Origin: a virus
Lineage: Duplodnaviria > Caudoviricetes
Direction: 5' to 3' (one strand)
Length of the DNA: 61,312 nucleotides
IMG/VR virus record: IMGVR_UViG_3300017727_000008
Location: 1-61,312 of that record
Numbering within the stretch: position 1 is the stretch's first letter; the number at the start of each line of letters is the position of its first letter. The notes under the pieces are model-generated. The model was not told the DNA's origin. It made no database searches and saw only the letters and a list, made by a program, of their open reading frames with translations. A program made the position numbers and the translations under genes. Positions 46,076 through 55,102 of the stretch are shown here, piece after piece.

Positions 46076-46426
46076 CTAATTATCAACTTTAGAACTTGCT
46101 CTCCATTGATAGCAACTCCAATATCTTGCTTTCCACTTAGGGCCTGGGTCAGCACAATTATGCCTTGCTCTAAATGATGCCCTCTTCTTCGGATCGTCCC
46201 TATTGATTCCCATGTTGGGATCACCAAATCTTACGACAACGACCTTACCTTTCTCATTCTTAACATACACCTTGAACTTCTTATTAGGGTTCTCAGATGT
46301 ACGAATCGGATCATTTAGTTTAACCTTCTTCCCTTGATACTCAGACTCAGTAATTTCCAAGTGTTCAAATAGATCATTGCATTCACAATGTTCATCTATA
46401 CTGTGGTATTCGTTAAACTTTTTCAT
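46076..46426 (-). CDS. putative internal virion protein
   Basis: MKKFNEY..; KKFKVYV, VRFGDP, RASFRARHNC, ARYWSC..W. Confidence 0.65.
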   Translation of the reverse strand: MKKFNEYHSIDEHCECNDLFEHLEITESEYQGKKVKLNDPIRTSENPNKKFKVYVKNEKGKVVVVRFGDPNMGINRDDPKKRASFRARHNCADPGPKWKARYWSCYQWRASSKVDN

Positions 46427-46710
46427 GTGATATATGTATTGAGTTCGTACCGCTTGTTGTCTAGATTGGTTACCTGTACGGCAAGCATCTTACGCTTCTC
46501 ACCATCCAACCCAAGAGTAAAACTATTGGTCTTACCGTTGGAGGGTTTCTTTGGCCCCATTGCAACTTTACTATCGATGTCATCAGTAGACACCGTGAAA
46601 CCTTTTTTCTTTGCAAATGCATATGCGGCACCCATTGCACCGGAATATGTTTTATGATATAGAGGATAATCATGACTTTTCTCATACATCATGTGTTTGA
46701 ATGATTTCAT
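46423..46710 (-). CDS. putative internal virion protein
   Basis: Starts MKSFKHMMYE; ends YELNTY. Confidence 0.6.
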   Translation of the reverse strand: MKSFKHMMYEKSHDYPLYHKTYSGAMGAAYAFAKKKGFTVSTDDIDSKVAMGPKKPSNGKTNSFTLGLDGEKRKMLAVQVTNLDNKRYELNTYIT

Positions 46711-47894
46711 CGCACTCTCTTTAATAATGCTTTGATTGATCTGAGATCTTTAGAGACCACTTTCTGGAACTTCTCTTTGTCCGCTGGTCTCTTCAAAGTG
46801 TTGAACATATTGGCAAGTTTCTTGGCATCGTCCTGAGACAGTTTACCTTTCTTACCATCCTCAAACTCAATCTCGGAACCTTTCTCTAAGTCTGCTGCTT
46901 TTCGTATTTGCATAACAACATTCTTAGAGGCAGCCTTGCGGTCATCATCAGTCGCGTCATTATCTACATCGGCAGGGTCAATCTTTCTTTCTTTGATTTC
47001 TGGTTTCTCGTGGGTGTAACCCATCTTCTTCATGCGTTCATGATCTTCGGGTTTCTCTGCTTTGTAGGCCTTACCCGTCTTAGGATCATACATCATGTGA
47101 GGTTCAAAGTCATCCTCTTTCATCTTCTCTTTCTTAGAGATAGCAATTGCCGCCTGTTGTGCTGGAGAGACTGCTTCTTTCACCAATAGTTTAGCATCAA
47201 CAGACTTATCATTATTACCACCAAAGTTTACTTTGACATCACCATCACCGTAGTCCTTCACAACCTTGCCAGACTTCCTTATTGCGTCTCCATAACTTCT
47301 AGCAGTCTTTGGGTCGATGCCTTTCTTGAACTTGACCTTATCCCCAACCTTTACTGCTTCTTGGACATCTTCCATGTAGTCCTTTGCTTTTAACTTGACA
47401 CCCTTTGCAGCGAGTTCCCTTGCAGCAATCTGAGATACAAACTTGACCTTCGCACGAGCAACCTTCTCAAGCATCTTTGCGTCCATGCTTGCGATCAGTT
47501 TCTTCAACTTCTTATAGGTAGGTGAAGCAACATTGATCTTTTCTAGGTTTTGATATGCCTTCTTGAGTTGTGCCAGTTGAGCATCCGAGAACTCAGTGAT
47601 CTCTTCTACTGACTCCTGCATCAAACGACCATTCTTGAACATACCACCTTTCTTCAAGATCTGTAACACACCATCACGAGGATCAGAGTCCATATCACCG
47701 ATGAACTTCTTCATCGCCGTGAATGCTTTGTTCTGTACCATAGTAGATGAGTTCTTACCGATCTCACGCACATATGCGGCAACCTTCTGGAAGTCTTCCT
47801 TATCAACACCACCAGACTTCTTGGCGTAATCTTCTAAAGATTTAGACACCTTCATAAAGTTGATGGCTTCAGTTATTTGAGTCAGTTTTTTCAT
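46707..47894 (-). CDS. modular Lys-rich putative internal virion protein
   Basis: Modules separated by xxE sites (ITE, MQE, VQE, VKE, IKE). Confidence 0.6.
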   Translation of the reverse strand: MKKLTQITEAINFMKVSKSLEDYAKKSGGVDKEDFQKVAAYVREIGKNSSTMVQNKAFTAMKKFIGDMDSDPRDGVLQILKKGGMFKNGRLMQESVEEITEFSDAQLAQLKKAYQNLEKINVASPTYKKLKKLIASMDAKMLEKVARAKVKFVSQIAARELAAKGVKLKAKDYMEDVQEAVKVGDKVKFKKGIDPKTARSYGDAIRKSGKVVKDYGDGDVKVNFGGNNDKSVDAKLLVKEAVSPAQQAAIAISKKEKMKEDDFEPHMMYDPKTGKAYKAEKPEDHERMKKMGYTHEKPEIKERKIDPADVDNDATDDDRKAASKNVVMQIRKAADLEKGSEIEFEDGKKGKLSQDDAKKLANMFNTLKRPADKEKFQKVVSKDLRSIKALLKRVR

Positions 47895-48109
47895 GCGAGA
47901 TCCTTATCGTGGTTTAGACCACCTTTTTTCTTTTTAACTATAAATGCATTGACACGTGCATACCCCCACTGTTGAGGAGTAGTGCCTGGCCTATGACCAG
48001 TCTTCCATGCGGCAACACCACGATTGTAAACTTTCTTGAGAGTCCCATAAGAAATACCAGACTTATCCGATTTCTTCTTCAGGGCTTCATCAGCTTCGTA
48101 TAAATTCAT
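47891..48109 (-). CDS. small basic protein (DUF5824-like)
   Basis: SGISYGTLKKVYNRG.AAW..GHRPG.TPQQWG.ARVN.F. Confidence 0.6.
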   Translation of the reverse strand: MNLYEADEALKKKSDKSGISYGTLKKVYNRGVAAWKTGHRPGTTPQQWGYARVNAFIVKKKKGGLNHDKDLA

Positions 48110-49755
48110 TCGGTTTCTCTATTTTTTGCTTTTGCACGAGCAAGCCTAGCACGATCTAGAATACGATCATGCTTTGCCTTATCTTGTTCTTTCTCGCGGG
48201 AGATAGAATCCTTTGCCTGTTGGACTGCGTCTTCCCCAAATGCCTTGTCTCTCCAGTCAAGGTGTTTAGGTAGGGCACCCTTATCCAAGAGTTTGAAGAA
48301 TACATCCTGAGTCTGTTTCGCAGGGACACCATATTGACGAGCAATCTTGACCAACAATGATTGACCCTGTTTAGGATTCTTACGTCTTGCATCTAGATAC
48401 TTACGGATCACTTTCTTGTAGAGATCACCGTTAACTAGTTTGTCTAGTATATCACCAAATACAGGGTTTGTAAAGTCAATAAACTTTCTTTCTTCTAGAG
48501 GAGTATCTTTCTTGTACTTCTTCAGTAACTTATCCGTACCCTCTTCACCAGCATTTTCTGATGCATCAATACTAATACCATCACGTTGCTTCTTCAGGTA
48601 GGCTGCTCTGGAGATTTTAGGGCCTCCATACTCACTTACTGGTACACAATTGGGAACACTCTTATCCCCTTTCTTCTTCATACCAACTTGTTTATACCCA
48701 TCCCAGCAGTCTTCGTCATACATGTCTTTGAATGCTTTGGTGTACTTGGATGGTTTGGTCTTTGCACCCTTATCGCCAGGCGCAGGTTTATATGCAGAGT
48801 CATCATCGTCTGCCTTCTTACCGTGCTTCTTGAAGTGTGCGTCTCTCCTGTCCTTGGTTCCTTTCTTCAGACCCGCATAGTACTTCTTGGGTTGCGTCCC
48901 TTCCTTGTCCTTGATATCAGGATCTTGGGTGGCCTTCTTCTCAACCAGTTCTACCGCATCCAACCACTTACGCATCTTGCGTTCACCGCACTCTACGATA
49001 ACATAGTTGGCACCGAGATAGGATACGATACCGACATCTTCACTTTCTTTGATAACAACAGTGTCACCCAGTTCAAAGAGTTCACCCTTGACGAACTGCT
49101 CTCTTGTTTCGGAAACGGTAGGCATCTCAATGTGACGCTTGAAGGAGACCTCTTCCTTGAGACCCATACCTTTACGCACATCATTGAACAACCTACGAGT
49201 GTCTTTCTCGGACATGCCTTTAGGAACACCCTGAGTGAATGATTGGTAATCGTTCTCTTTGGCATTGGCACGTTGCTTGGACGCAGACATACCCTCAACA
49301 CCTTCGGCATCAGGATCTCTACGACCCGCAGACACGACATTAATGGACTCGAAGTTGTAGAATCCGTGTCGTGCTTTCTTACCGTTGTACTTGTTCAGCA
49401 GGACTTCAAACTCACGTAGACGGTCTTCCCCGACCACCATAGTGATTCGTTTGTATCCTTGATCGTATAACTTGGCAGAAATATCAAATACATTCTTGAC
49501 ACCCTTGTCCACCATGATATTACGACCATACTTGGGGAACATCTTGCGTAGGTGTTTAATCTTGTCAGAGTATGATAGAGGATCTTTAGGCCCAACTGAT
49601 TGTGACGCATAGACCTTCCAGTCAGCACCACCAGCCTTCTTTGCGATAGTCTCTAATACTTTTCCATGTCCAATCGTAGGCGGGTTCATTCTACCAAATG
49701 TAAAATAAACTTCCTTTGCCTCTTCGACCAGATAGGATTTGAAATTTTTAATCAC
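48106..49755 (-). CDS. cytidylyltransferase-like (HIGH) nucleotidyltransferase with modular tail
   Basis: FTFGRMNPPTIGH, VVGEDR, MSASK; GTG start at 49755 gives VIKNFKSYLVEE. Confidence 0.8.
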   Translation of the reverse strand: MIKNFKSYLVEEAKEVYFTFGRMNPPTIGHGKVLETIAKKAGGADWKVYASQSVGPKDPLSYSDKIKHLRKMFPKYGRNIMVDKGVKNVFDISAKLYDQGYKRITMVVGEDRLREFEVLLNKYNGKKARHGFYNFESINVVSAGRRDPDAEGVEGMSASKQRANAKENDYQSFTQGVPKGMSEKDTRRLFNDVRKGMGLKEEVSFKRHIEMPTVSETREQFVKGELFELGDTVVIKESEDVGIVSYLGANYVIVECGERKMRKWLDAVELVEKKATQDPDIKDKEGTQPKKYYAGLKKGTKDRRDAHFKKHGKKADDDDSAYKPAPGDKGAKTKPSKYTKAFKDMYDEDCWDGYKQVGMKKKGDKSVPNCVPVSEYGGPKISRAAYLKKQRDGISIDASENAGEEGTDKLLKKYKKDTPLEERKFIDFTNPVFGDILDKLVNGDLYKKVIRKYLDARRKNPKQGQSLLVKIARQYGVPAKQTQDVFFKLLDKGALPKHLDWRDKAFGEDAVQQAKDSISREKEQDKAKHDRILDRARLARAKAKNRETE

Positions 49756-50131
49756 TCTTTTGTCCGCCTCGTTTCTTTTCAAGTTCACCCTTACGAACTT
49801 GAGGAAGAAGTTTCCGTGCAAGTTTATCAATCTTAGGTTTCATCTTATCTAGACGTTTTTCAATACCCTGTCTGCGACCTAAAGATAACTCGTCCTTGGG
49901 TACGTCTTTGGTGATCTTCTTGAGGAACTGATTACGTGCTTGTTTCTGTGCACGTTTCTTTAGAGTGTCAACATTAGCAACTTTACGGGCAGCACGTTTG
50001 CGGCCCATAGCAATCTTTGCTTTGTTCTTTTTGAGGGAACGAGACAACTTCATACGCTGTTGTACGTTGAGTGCCTCATCAGGATTCTCCATGACGGAGA
50101 TGTATTCTTTTAGTCCTATTGGTTTGGACAT
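49748..50131 (-). CDS. basic hypothetical protein
   Basis: EALNVQQRMK...KRAQKQAR; GAGG RBS. Confidence 0.6.
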   Translation of the reverse strand: MSKPIGLKEYISVMENPDEALNVQQRMKLSRSLKKNKAKIAMGRKRAARKVANVDTLKKRAQKQARNQFLKKITKDVPKDELSLGRRQGIEKRLDKMKPKIDKLARKLLPQVRKGELEKKRGGQKSD

Positions 50132-50133
50132 TG

Positions 50134-51354
50134 TTACCTCTTTGGTTTATCCCATCCCTTCAGTATATCTGGACTGAAGTTATTATACGAAAATTCTAGA
50201 CGGTCAACCAACTTGACCGCATCACCACCTAATTTGTCAATAGCAACGAATCCTTCTGCTCCTGTCTTGACCTTATAACCCGTCTTGGTTTGAACGAATG
50301 TGTCATATGAGGATATGCTATTAAGTTTATTTATAAGTTTTAATTTCGCAAGAACAATCTTTTTTTGCAACTCGAACATAAGAACCAGATTAGATTTATT
50401 CTTCGGAGAGAAGAACTTCATGAGTGCGTCCAGTTTATCCTGCTGAACCTTCTTACCCTTATCGGTGCTTCTCTTATCTTTCTCTTTCTGAAACTTATCG
50501 TTCAACCATTTGAGTAGTCCGGTCACATGTTTACGACTATCGGGGATAACCGTCTGAGCCCGCACAAAAGTGTTATTATACTGTTCAATCAGTTTGGATA
50601 GTTCATCGTTTCCTTCCAACTCACGCAGTGTCGTACCGGAGATCTTATTGAAGATCTTACCCGCATCGGACAGATGCTTCGTCACTTCGGCAGTCTCTCT
50701 CTTATTCATGGTCGCACCAGACACATCACGCAACATTGCATCCTGTGACCAGATGTTAGACGAGTTCTTGAACTTGGATACATCAACACCATAGGATGCT
50801 TTCAGTGTATCAAACGAACTACCCATGTAGGTGGTGTGCCATACGATACCGATCTTAGCCTTACGGACTGCATCGGCTTGGTCATAGGGTACTGCATAGA
50901 TAATCGTGTTAGGGTGGAAGGTCACATACTTCTGACCCTCAATAGTCTCGGTGCTGAGATCTGGTTTTGAGAACAAGAAGTCACCCTGAATTATACCCTT
51001 TATACCAAGTTCTGGCAAGTGTTTTAATGCGAGTTTCATCTTGTCTGCAAGGTCACCAGACATGTCACCATCAATCTCTGCCGCAGTCTTATAGACCTTG
51101 GGGTTCTTTGCGAACACACCCTTCTTGGCAACAAAGAACTCACCATCGGTAGGATCTTGACCACAGAAGATTGCGGGAGCACCATCCCACTTGGTAGATA
51201 GTTTGGAACTAGTCTGACCCGCCAACATGTCACGCAACTCACGTAACGCATTGATGGCCTGTCGCGTACCACTCACACCACCGTAGAGAACCTTGTCCTC
51301 AATGTGGGTCATGTGGGTGTTCTTTTGTTCTGTTATGAAATCGGTAAAGTTCAT
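50134..51354 (-). CDS. DUF6267-like protein (ATP-dependent ligase-like motifs)
   Basis: NTHMTHIED, KWDGAPAIFCG, QGDFLF, EGFVA, KLVDRLEFS..NF. Confidence 0.65.
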   Translation of the reverse strand: MNFTDFITEQKNTHMTHIEDKVLYGGVSGTRQAINALRELRDMLAGQTSSKLSTKWDGAPAIFCGQDPTDGEFFVAKKGVFAKNPKVYKTAAEIDGDMSGDLADKMKLALKHLPELGIKGIIQGDFLFSKPDLSTETIEGQKYVTFHPNTIIYAVPYDQADAVRKAKIGIVWHTTYMGSSFDTLKASYGVDVSKFKNSSNIWSQDAMLRDVSGATMNKRETAEVTKHLSDAGKIFNKISGTTLRELEGNDELSKLIEQYNNTFVRAQTVIPDSRKHVTGLLKWLNDKFQKEKDKRSTDKGKKVQQDKLDALMKFFSPKNKSNLVLMFELQKKIVLAKLKLINKLNSISSYDTFVQTKTGYKVKTGAEGFVAIDKLGGDAVKLVDRLEFSYNNFSPDILKGWDKPKR

Positions 51355-52715
51355 TTCTTGAATATCTTTTTGAAGTCTGCGGTTGCCATTGCTTGGAACT
51401 GCGGGTTTGCTGAGTAACTACCTTTGTATCTTACTTCAATATCAAGGATAGGGGAACCATCGGAGTATATTGTTAGGAACACTTTTGCTGCACCCGCATT
51501 TTTCTCCCACGCACCTACCTTGCCAGAAGTCTTTCTCACTTCGAGTTTACTATTATACAGATCTTGAAGTGCGGTTACAATATTACTTAATTCTTGTGCA
51601 TCTGCTTTTTCAACTTCAACCTTACCACGAACAAATCTACCAATACCCGTCAATAGAGTGAATTGAAACTCTGCTGCGTTTAAGGTGTCATCCAGTTTTG
51701 TTCTGAATACAAGTTCAAGGAACTTTTCAACGAAGTCTTTATCATGAGACTTGATGACATTGAATACCTTTTTGAAGAAAATGTTTGTAGGTTTCTTGAG
51801 CTCTACACCCCATGTTTCGACAGGAATCTTATTGATTGCCTTGGTGTAGTCTCTAGGTTTCATCTTACGAATGTCTTGTTTCGATAACTTTAACTTATCC
51901 ATAAGGACACGTTCAAAGAATATCCTTTTGGCATTCTCAATTAGGATTGTATCGGCACCCACAATATCCTGTAATACACTTTCTTTACCCGTGATAGGTT
52001 TGTTGATGAGTGTGGGGTCAGGGGATTTAACGGAACCCTTCTTCTTGAGAGAGTATCCATAGAACTTACCCGAACTTGATTTGACCACGATGTCAGATGA
52101 GTTGTAGTCTTTAATGCGGCCTAGTTTGGGATTGAACTTCTGAATATCTTTATGCCAACCCTTACCCGTCCAATAGATTTTGGACGCAGTTCCTACTTCA
52201 TTAAGGATATAGTTTGCAGCAGATATTGCGGTTCCAAGGTCATTGAAGTTGCCTTGAAAGAAATCTAGAAAGTCGGGCCTTCGGTCTGCACCATCAACCT
52301 TCGAGTAAATCTCTTTAGACTTTTCGATGAGTTCAATTGCCTCTTCTTCAGTGATTGAAGAACCACCCTTGTATTTCAAGAGAACCAGACATGCGGTCAT
52401 CATTTCTTGTACTTCGCCTGGGACTTTCTTACCACCTTCCCCAACCGAACCATTTCCAAACTTAGAAGGTGCGAAGGGTATAGAAAGATTATTATCCTTT
52501 ACAAAGTTTTCTATATCGCCCTTGTAACTGACGAAGTCCCTCTTGATTTTATACGTGGGTTTATCGCCACCCTTGGCGACCATTACTATTTCTTTAGATT
52601 TTCCTGTACTCAGTCCCTGAAGATAAGAAACCAGTTTTTGAATATCAGCATCGTCGGAAGAATTTATTCCGACATTAAACGCCTCGGTTAAATAGAATCC
52701 CTTAAAACTCTTCAT
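51351..52715 (-). CDS. putative PD-(D/E)xK restriction-endonuclease-like protein
   Basis: QE..T, SSDIVV...GYSLKK; starts MKSFKGFYLTE. Confidence 0.5.
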   Translation of the reverse strand: MKSFKGFYLTEAFNVGINSSDDADIQKLVSYLQGLSTGKSKEIVMVAKGGDKPTYKIKRDFVSYKGDIENFVKDNNLSIPFAPSKFGNGSVGEGGKKVPGEVQEMMTACLVLLKYKGGSSITEEEAIELIEKSKEIYSKVDGADRRPDFLDFFQGNFNDLGTAISAANYILNEVGTASKIYWTGKGWHKDIQKFNPKLGRIKDYNSSDIVVKSSSGKFYGYSLKKKGSVKSPDPTLINKPITGKESVLQDIVGADTILIENAKRIFFERVLMDKLKLSKQDIRKMKPRDYTKAINKIPVETWGVELKKPTNIFFKKVFNVIKSHDKDFVEKFLELVFRTKLDDTLNAAEFQFTLLTGIGRFVRGKVEVEKADAQELSNIVTALQDLYNSKLEVRKTSGKVGAWEKNAGAAKVFLTIYSDGSPILDIEVRYKGSYSANPQFQAMATADFKKIFKK

Positions 52716-52750
52716 CGATTTCCCATTGTTACAAAAGTGTATTATACCAC

Positions 52751-52758
52751 TATTTATA
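52751..52758 (-). promoter_or_regulatory. late promoter TATAAATA heading the internal-protein cluster
   Basis: Exact consensus upstream of ATG 52715. Confidence 0.65.
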
Positions 52759-53434
52759 ACAAAATGGAAGTCGAATTTTGTTCCTCATTGTATTTTTCTA
52801 TGGTATTTCGCAAAGTATTTACCCAGTTATCACGGTGTTCAATAAACACTTGAGGTTCATTGTTATCAACCGATATGATCGTGACCAACTGAGTAATCGG
52901 CATACCTGTACGTTCTTCCCACATTACAGCATAACCGGCTTCTTGCATGAAGTAGTTCTTGACCCATTCCAACCTTTTCGGTTTCATAGATGTCTTGTAA
53001 TCGATGATGGATAGTTTGCCATCAAAGATACCCACACAGTCAACACGACCCGCACAACCCAGATGGGTAGAGTAGAGGGGTGCTTCTTGTGCATAGACCT
53101 TAGTCAGACGCTCATCCAGAATCGGTTTCAACTGGTTGAAGGATTGGATGATGTCAGGAGTATAACCGTCCTTGTAGTTAGGATCGTTGTCAACATACTT
53201 CTCACAGATTTCGTGTACACGAGTACCACGACCAGACGCACGAGTAGAGACGCGATTGGCCTCTGCCTCACCTACACGTTTGCGCCACTTGGCAATGGAG
53301 TCACGGGATAAGATAGACAACACTGTTGTGATGGATGGGAGATCGATACCTTCAGGTGTTTTGTATTTACGCCCTTCATCGGTAGTGACCGCATCCATCT
53401 CAGTCAGTGTCACTTGTTCATGGATAAATGTCAT
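52754..53434 (-). CDS. PD-(D/E)xK exonuclease (lambda-exo/Cas4-like)
   Basis: PSITTVL, RGTRVH, AGRVDC, IIDYKTS, YFMQ..Y. Confidence 0.85.
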   Translation of the reverse strand: MTFIHEQVTLTEMDAVTTDEGRKYKTPEGIDLPSITTVLSILSRDSIAKWRKRVGEAEANRVSTRASGRGTRVHEICEKYVDNDPNYKDGYTPDIIQSFNQLKPILDERLTKVYAQEAPLYSTHLGCAGRVDCVGIFDGKLSIIDYKTSMKPKRLEWVKNYFMQEAGYAVMWEERTGMPITQLVTIISVDNNEPQVFIEHRDNWVNTLRNTIEKYNEEQNSTSILL

Positions 53435-54570
53435 GTTAAGATTTCAACTATTCTATTTGCGATTCTATTAAAGTCCTGTTTGTCATTACCACGAGTAGTC
53501 TCGGCAGCAGTACCCAATCGGATACCACTAGTCTCAACAAAAGAACGCTTGTCATTTGGTACACCGTTTTTGTTTACGGTGATCCCATTGACCTCCAGTA
53601 GATCCGCTGCTTGCCGACCACTTAGGTGGTGGTCACTCAGATCTAGTAGTATTATATGCGAATCGGTGCCATCTGTCAAGCACTTATAGCCATTTTCTTT
53701 GAACACAAATGCCATCTCTTTGGCATTGTCAATGATCGCGGAAGCATACCGTTCAAAGTTGTCGGTATTTGCTTCAATGAAACACTGCGCCTTGGCAGCA
53801 ACCTGATTCATCAGAGGGCCACCCTGAGAGCCAGGAAACACCGCACTGTTGATTCGTTTCGTATAGTCAGGGTTGTTCCATAGGATGATACCACCACGAG
53901 GCCCTCGGAGAGTCTTATGGGTGGTGGATGTGACAACATCTGCCCACGGTACCGGATTCGGATACGCACCACCCGCAATCAATCCACTGTAGTGCGCCAT
54001 ATCGACCAGTAGGTATGCACCCACTTCATCGGCGATATCACGGAATGTTGTCCAGTCGATACGACGAGGATATGCACTAGCACCCGCAACAATCATCTGA
54101 GGTTTGACCTCTATTGCCTGTTGAAGTATCGCTGAGTAATCTAGAAAACCATCCTCATCAACTCCATAAGAGAATGAGTTATAGACCTTGCCAGAGAGAT
54201 TCACCTTCGCACCATGCGATAGATGTCCTCCACTGGCAAGATCCATACCCAAAATCGTATCGCCTGGCTTCAGGAATGCGAGGTAGACCGCAGTATTAGC
54301 ATTAGCACCGCAATGGGGTTGGACATTGGCAAACTTACAACCGTAGAGTAGTTTGACCTGTTCAATGGCAAGATCTTCGATCTCATCCATATGATCACAC
54401 CCATTGTAGTATCGTTTACCGGAATACCCTTCGGCATACTTGTTGGTAAAGACACTACCGGACAATCCCATTACAGCGTCCGATGCGAAGTTCTCACTCG
54501 CAATCAGTTCAATAGTATTGTCCTGTCTCTCAACCTCGCGGTCAAGAATGTTTGCGATCCTATTATCCAT
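53431..54570 (-). CDS. glyA: serine hydroxymethyltransferase
   Basis: LIASENF, NKYAEGY, GGHLSHG, DMAH, TTHKTLRGPRGG, SGIRLGT. Confidence 0.97.
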   Translation of the reverse strand: MDNRIANILDREVERQDNTIELIASENFASDAVMGLSGSVFTNKYAEGYSGKRYYNGCDHMDEIEDLAIEQVKLLYGCKFANVQPHCGANANTAVYLAFLKPGDTILGMDLASGGHLSHGAKVNLSGKVYNSFSYGVDEDGFLDYSAILQQAIEVKPQMIVAGASAYPRRIDWTTFRDIADEVGAYLLVDMAHYSGLIAGGAYPNPVPWADVVTSTTHKTLRGPRGGIILWNNPDYTKRINSAVFPGSQGGPLMNQVAAKAQCFIEANTDNFERYASAIIDNAKEMAFVFKENGYKCLTDGTDSHIILLDLSDHHLSGRQAADLLEVNGITVNKNGVPNDKRSFVETSGIRLGTAAETTRGNDKQDFNRIANRIVEILT

Positions 54571-55001
54571 TAAATAACCTTTTCCCAGATTTCCATTGCT
54601 AGTTTATCCTGAAGGCGATACGCCTCCTTCTCCCATGGCTGATCCATGTATTCAACATCGGTGCAGTTACGACCTTTCCACAACTGCTTACCTTCCTTCT
54701 CAACCAGTTCACGCTTCACATACTGCTTCACGTGAACCATTTCGTGACACATCGCAGTGATGAACTCACGCAGACCGTGTTTGGTCATGATCTCTTTATC
54801 GACACCAATCTCATAACAACGGTCATCGCAATCCATCGCGTATGCCATCATATCTTCGTTCTCTTCGAGACCCTTCTGGAACTCAACAGAGACGAAGATG
54901 TTTCGGTGACGAGGCATCAAGGCCTTCGCCATGTAGTAGCAGACTTTCTCTGCCAACTCACGTTCCAACTTCCGACCACCACGGGTAACAACAAGAACCA
55001 T
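54570..55001 (-). CDS. zinc metallopeptidase-like protein
   Basis: CHEMVHVKQ (HExxH), PWEKEAY. Confidence 0.75.
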   Translation of the reverse strand: MVLVVTRGGRKLERELAEKVCYYMAKALMPRHRNIFVSVEFQKGLEENEDMMAYAMDCDDRCYEIGVDKEIMTKHGLREFITAMCHEMVHVKQYVKRELVEKEGKQLWKGRNCTDVEYMDQPWEKEAYRLQDKLAMEIWEKVI

Positions 55002-55032
55002 AGAAACCTCTCATCACTCAAAATACACATAT

Positions 55033-55061
55033 ATTATAGGCGACTCAGCAACAAATGTCAA
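55033..55061 (-). promoter_or_regulatory. sigma70-type early promoter
   Basis: TTGACA-17-TATAAT; 17 bp are identical to cassette copy 4. Confidence 0.8.
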
Positions 55062-55102
55062 GAACTTTTTTCAATAACAAGTCATTGATTTATAAGGACT
55101 TT

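Noticed and set aside
48106-49755. NARP-type NAD reconstitution system
   Set aside because: No Nampt-like or PRPP-synthetase-like partner is visible in the window.
52754-53434. Cas4 / CRISPR adaptation gene
   Set aside because: Lacks the four-Cys Fe-S motif, and there is no array or other cas gene; this is an ordinary phage exonuclease.
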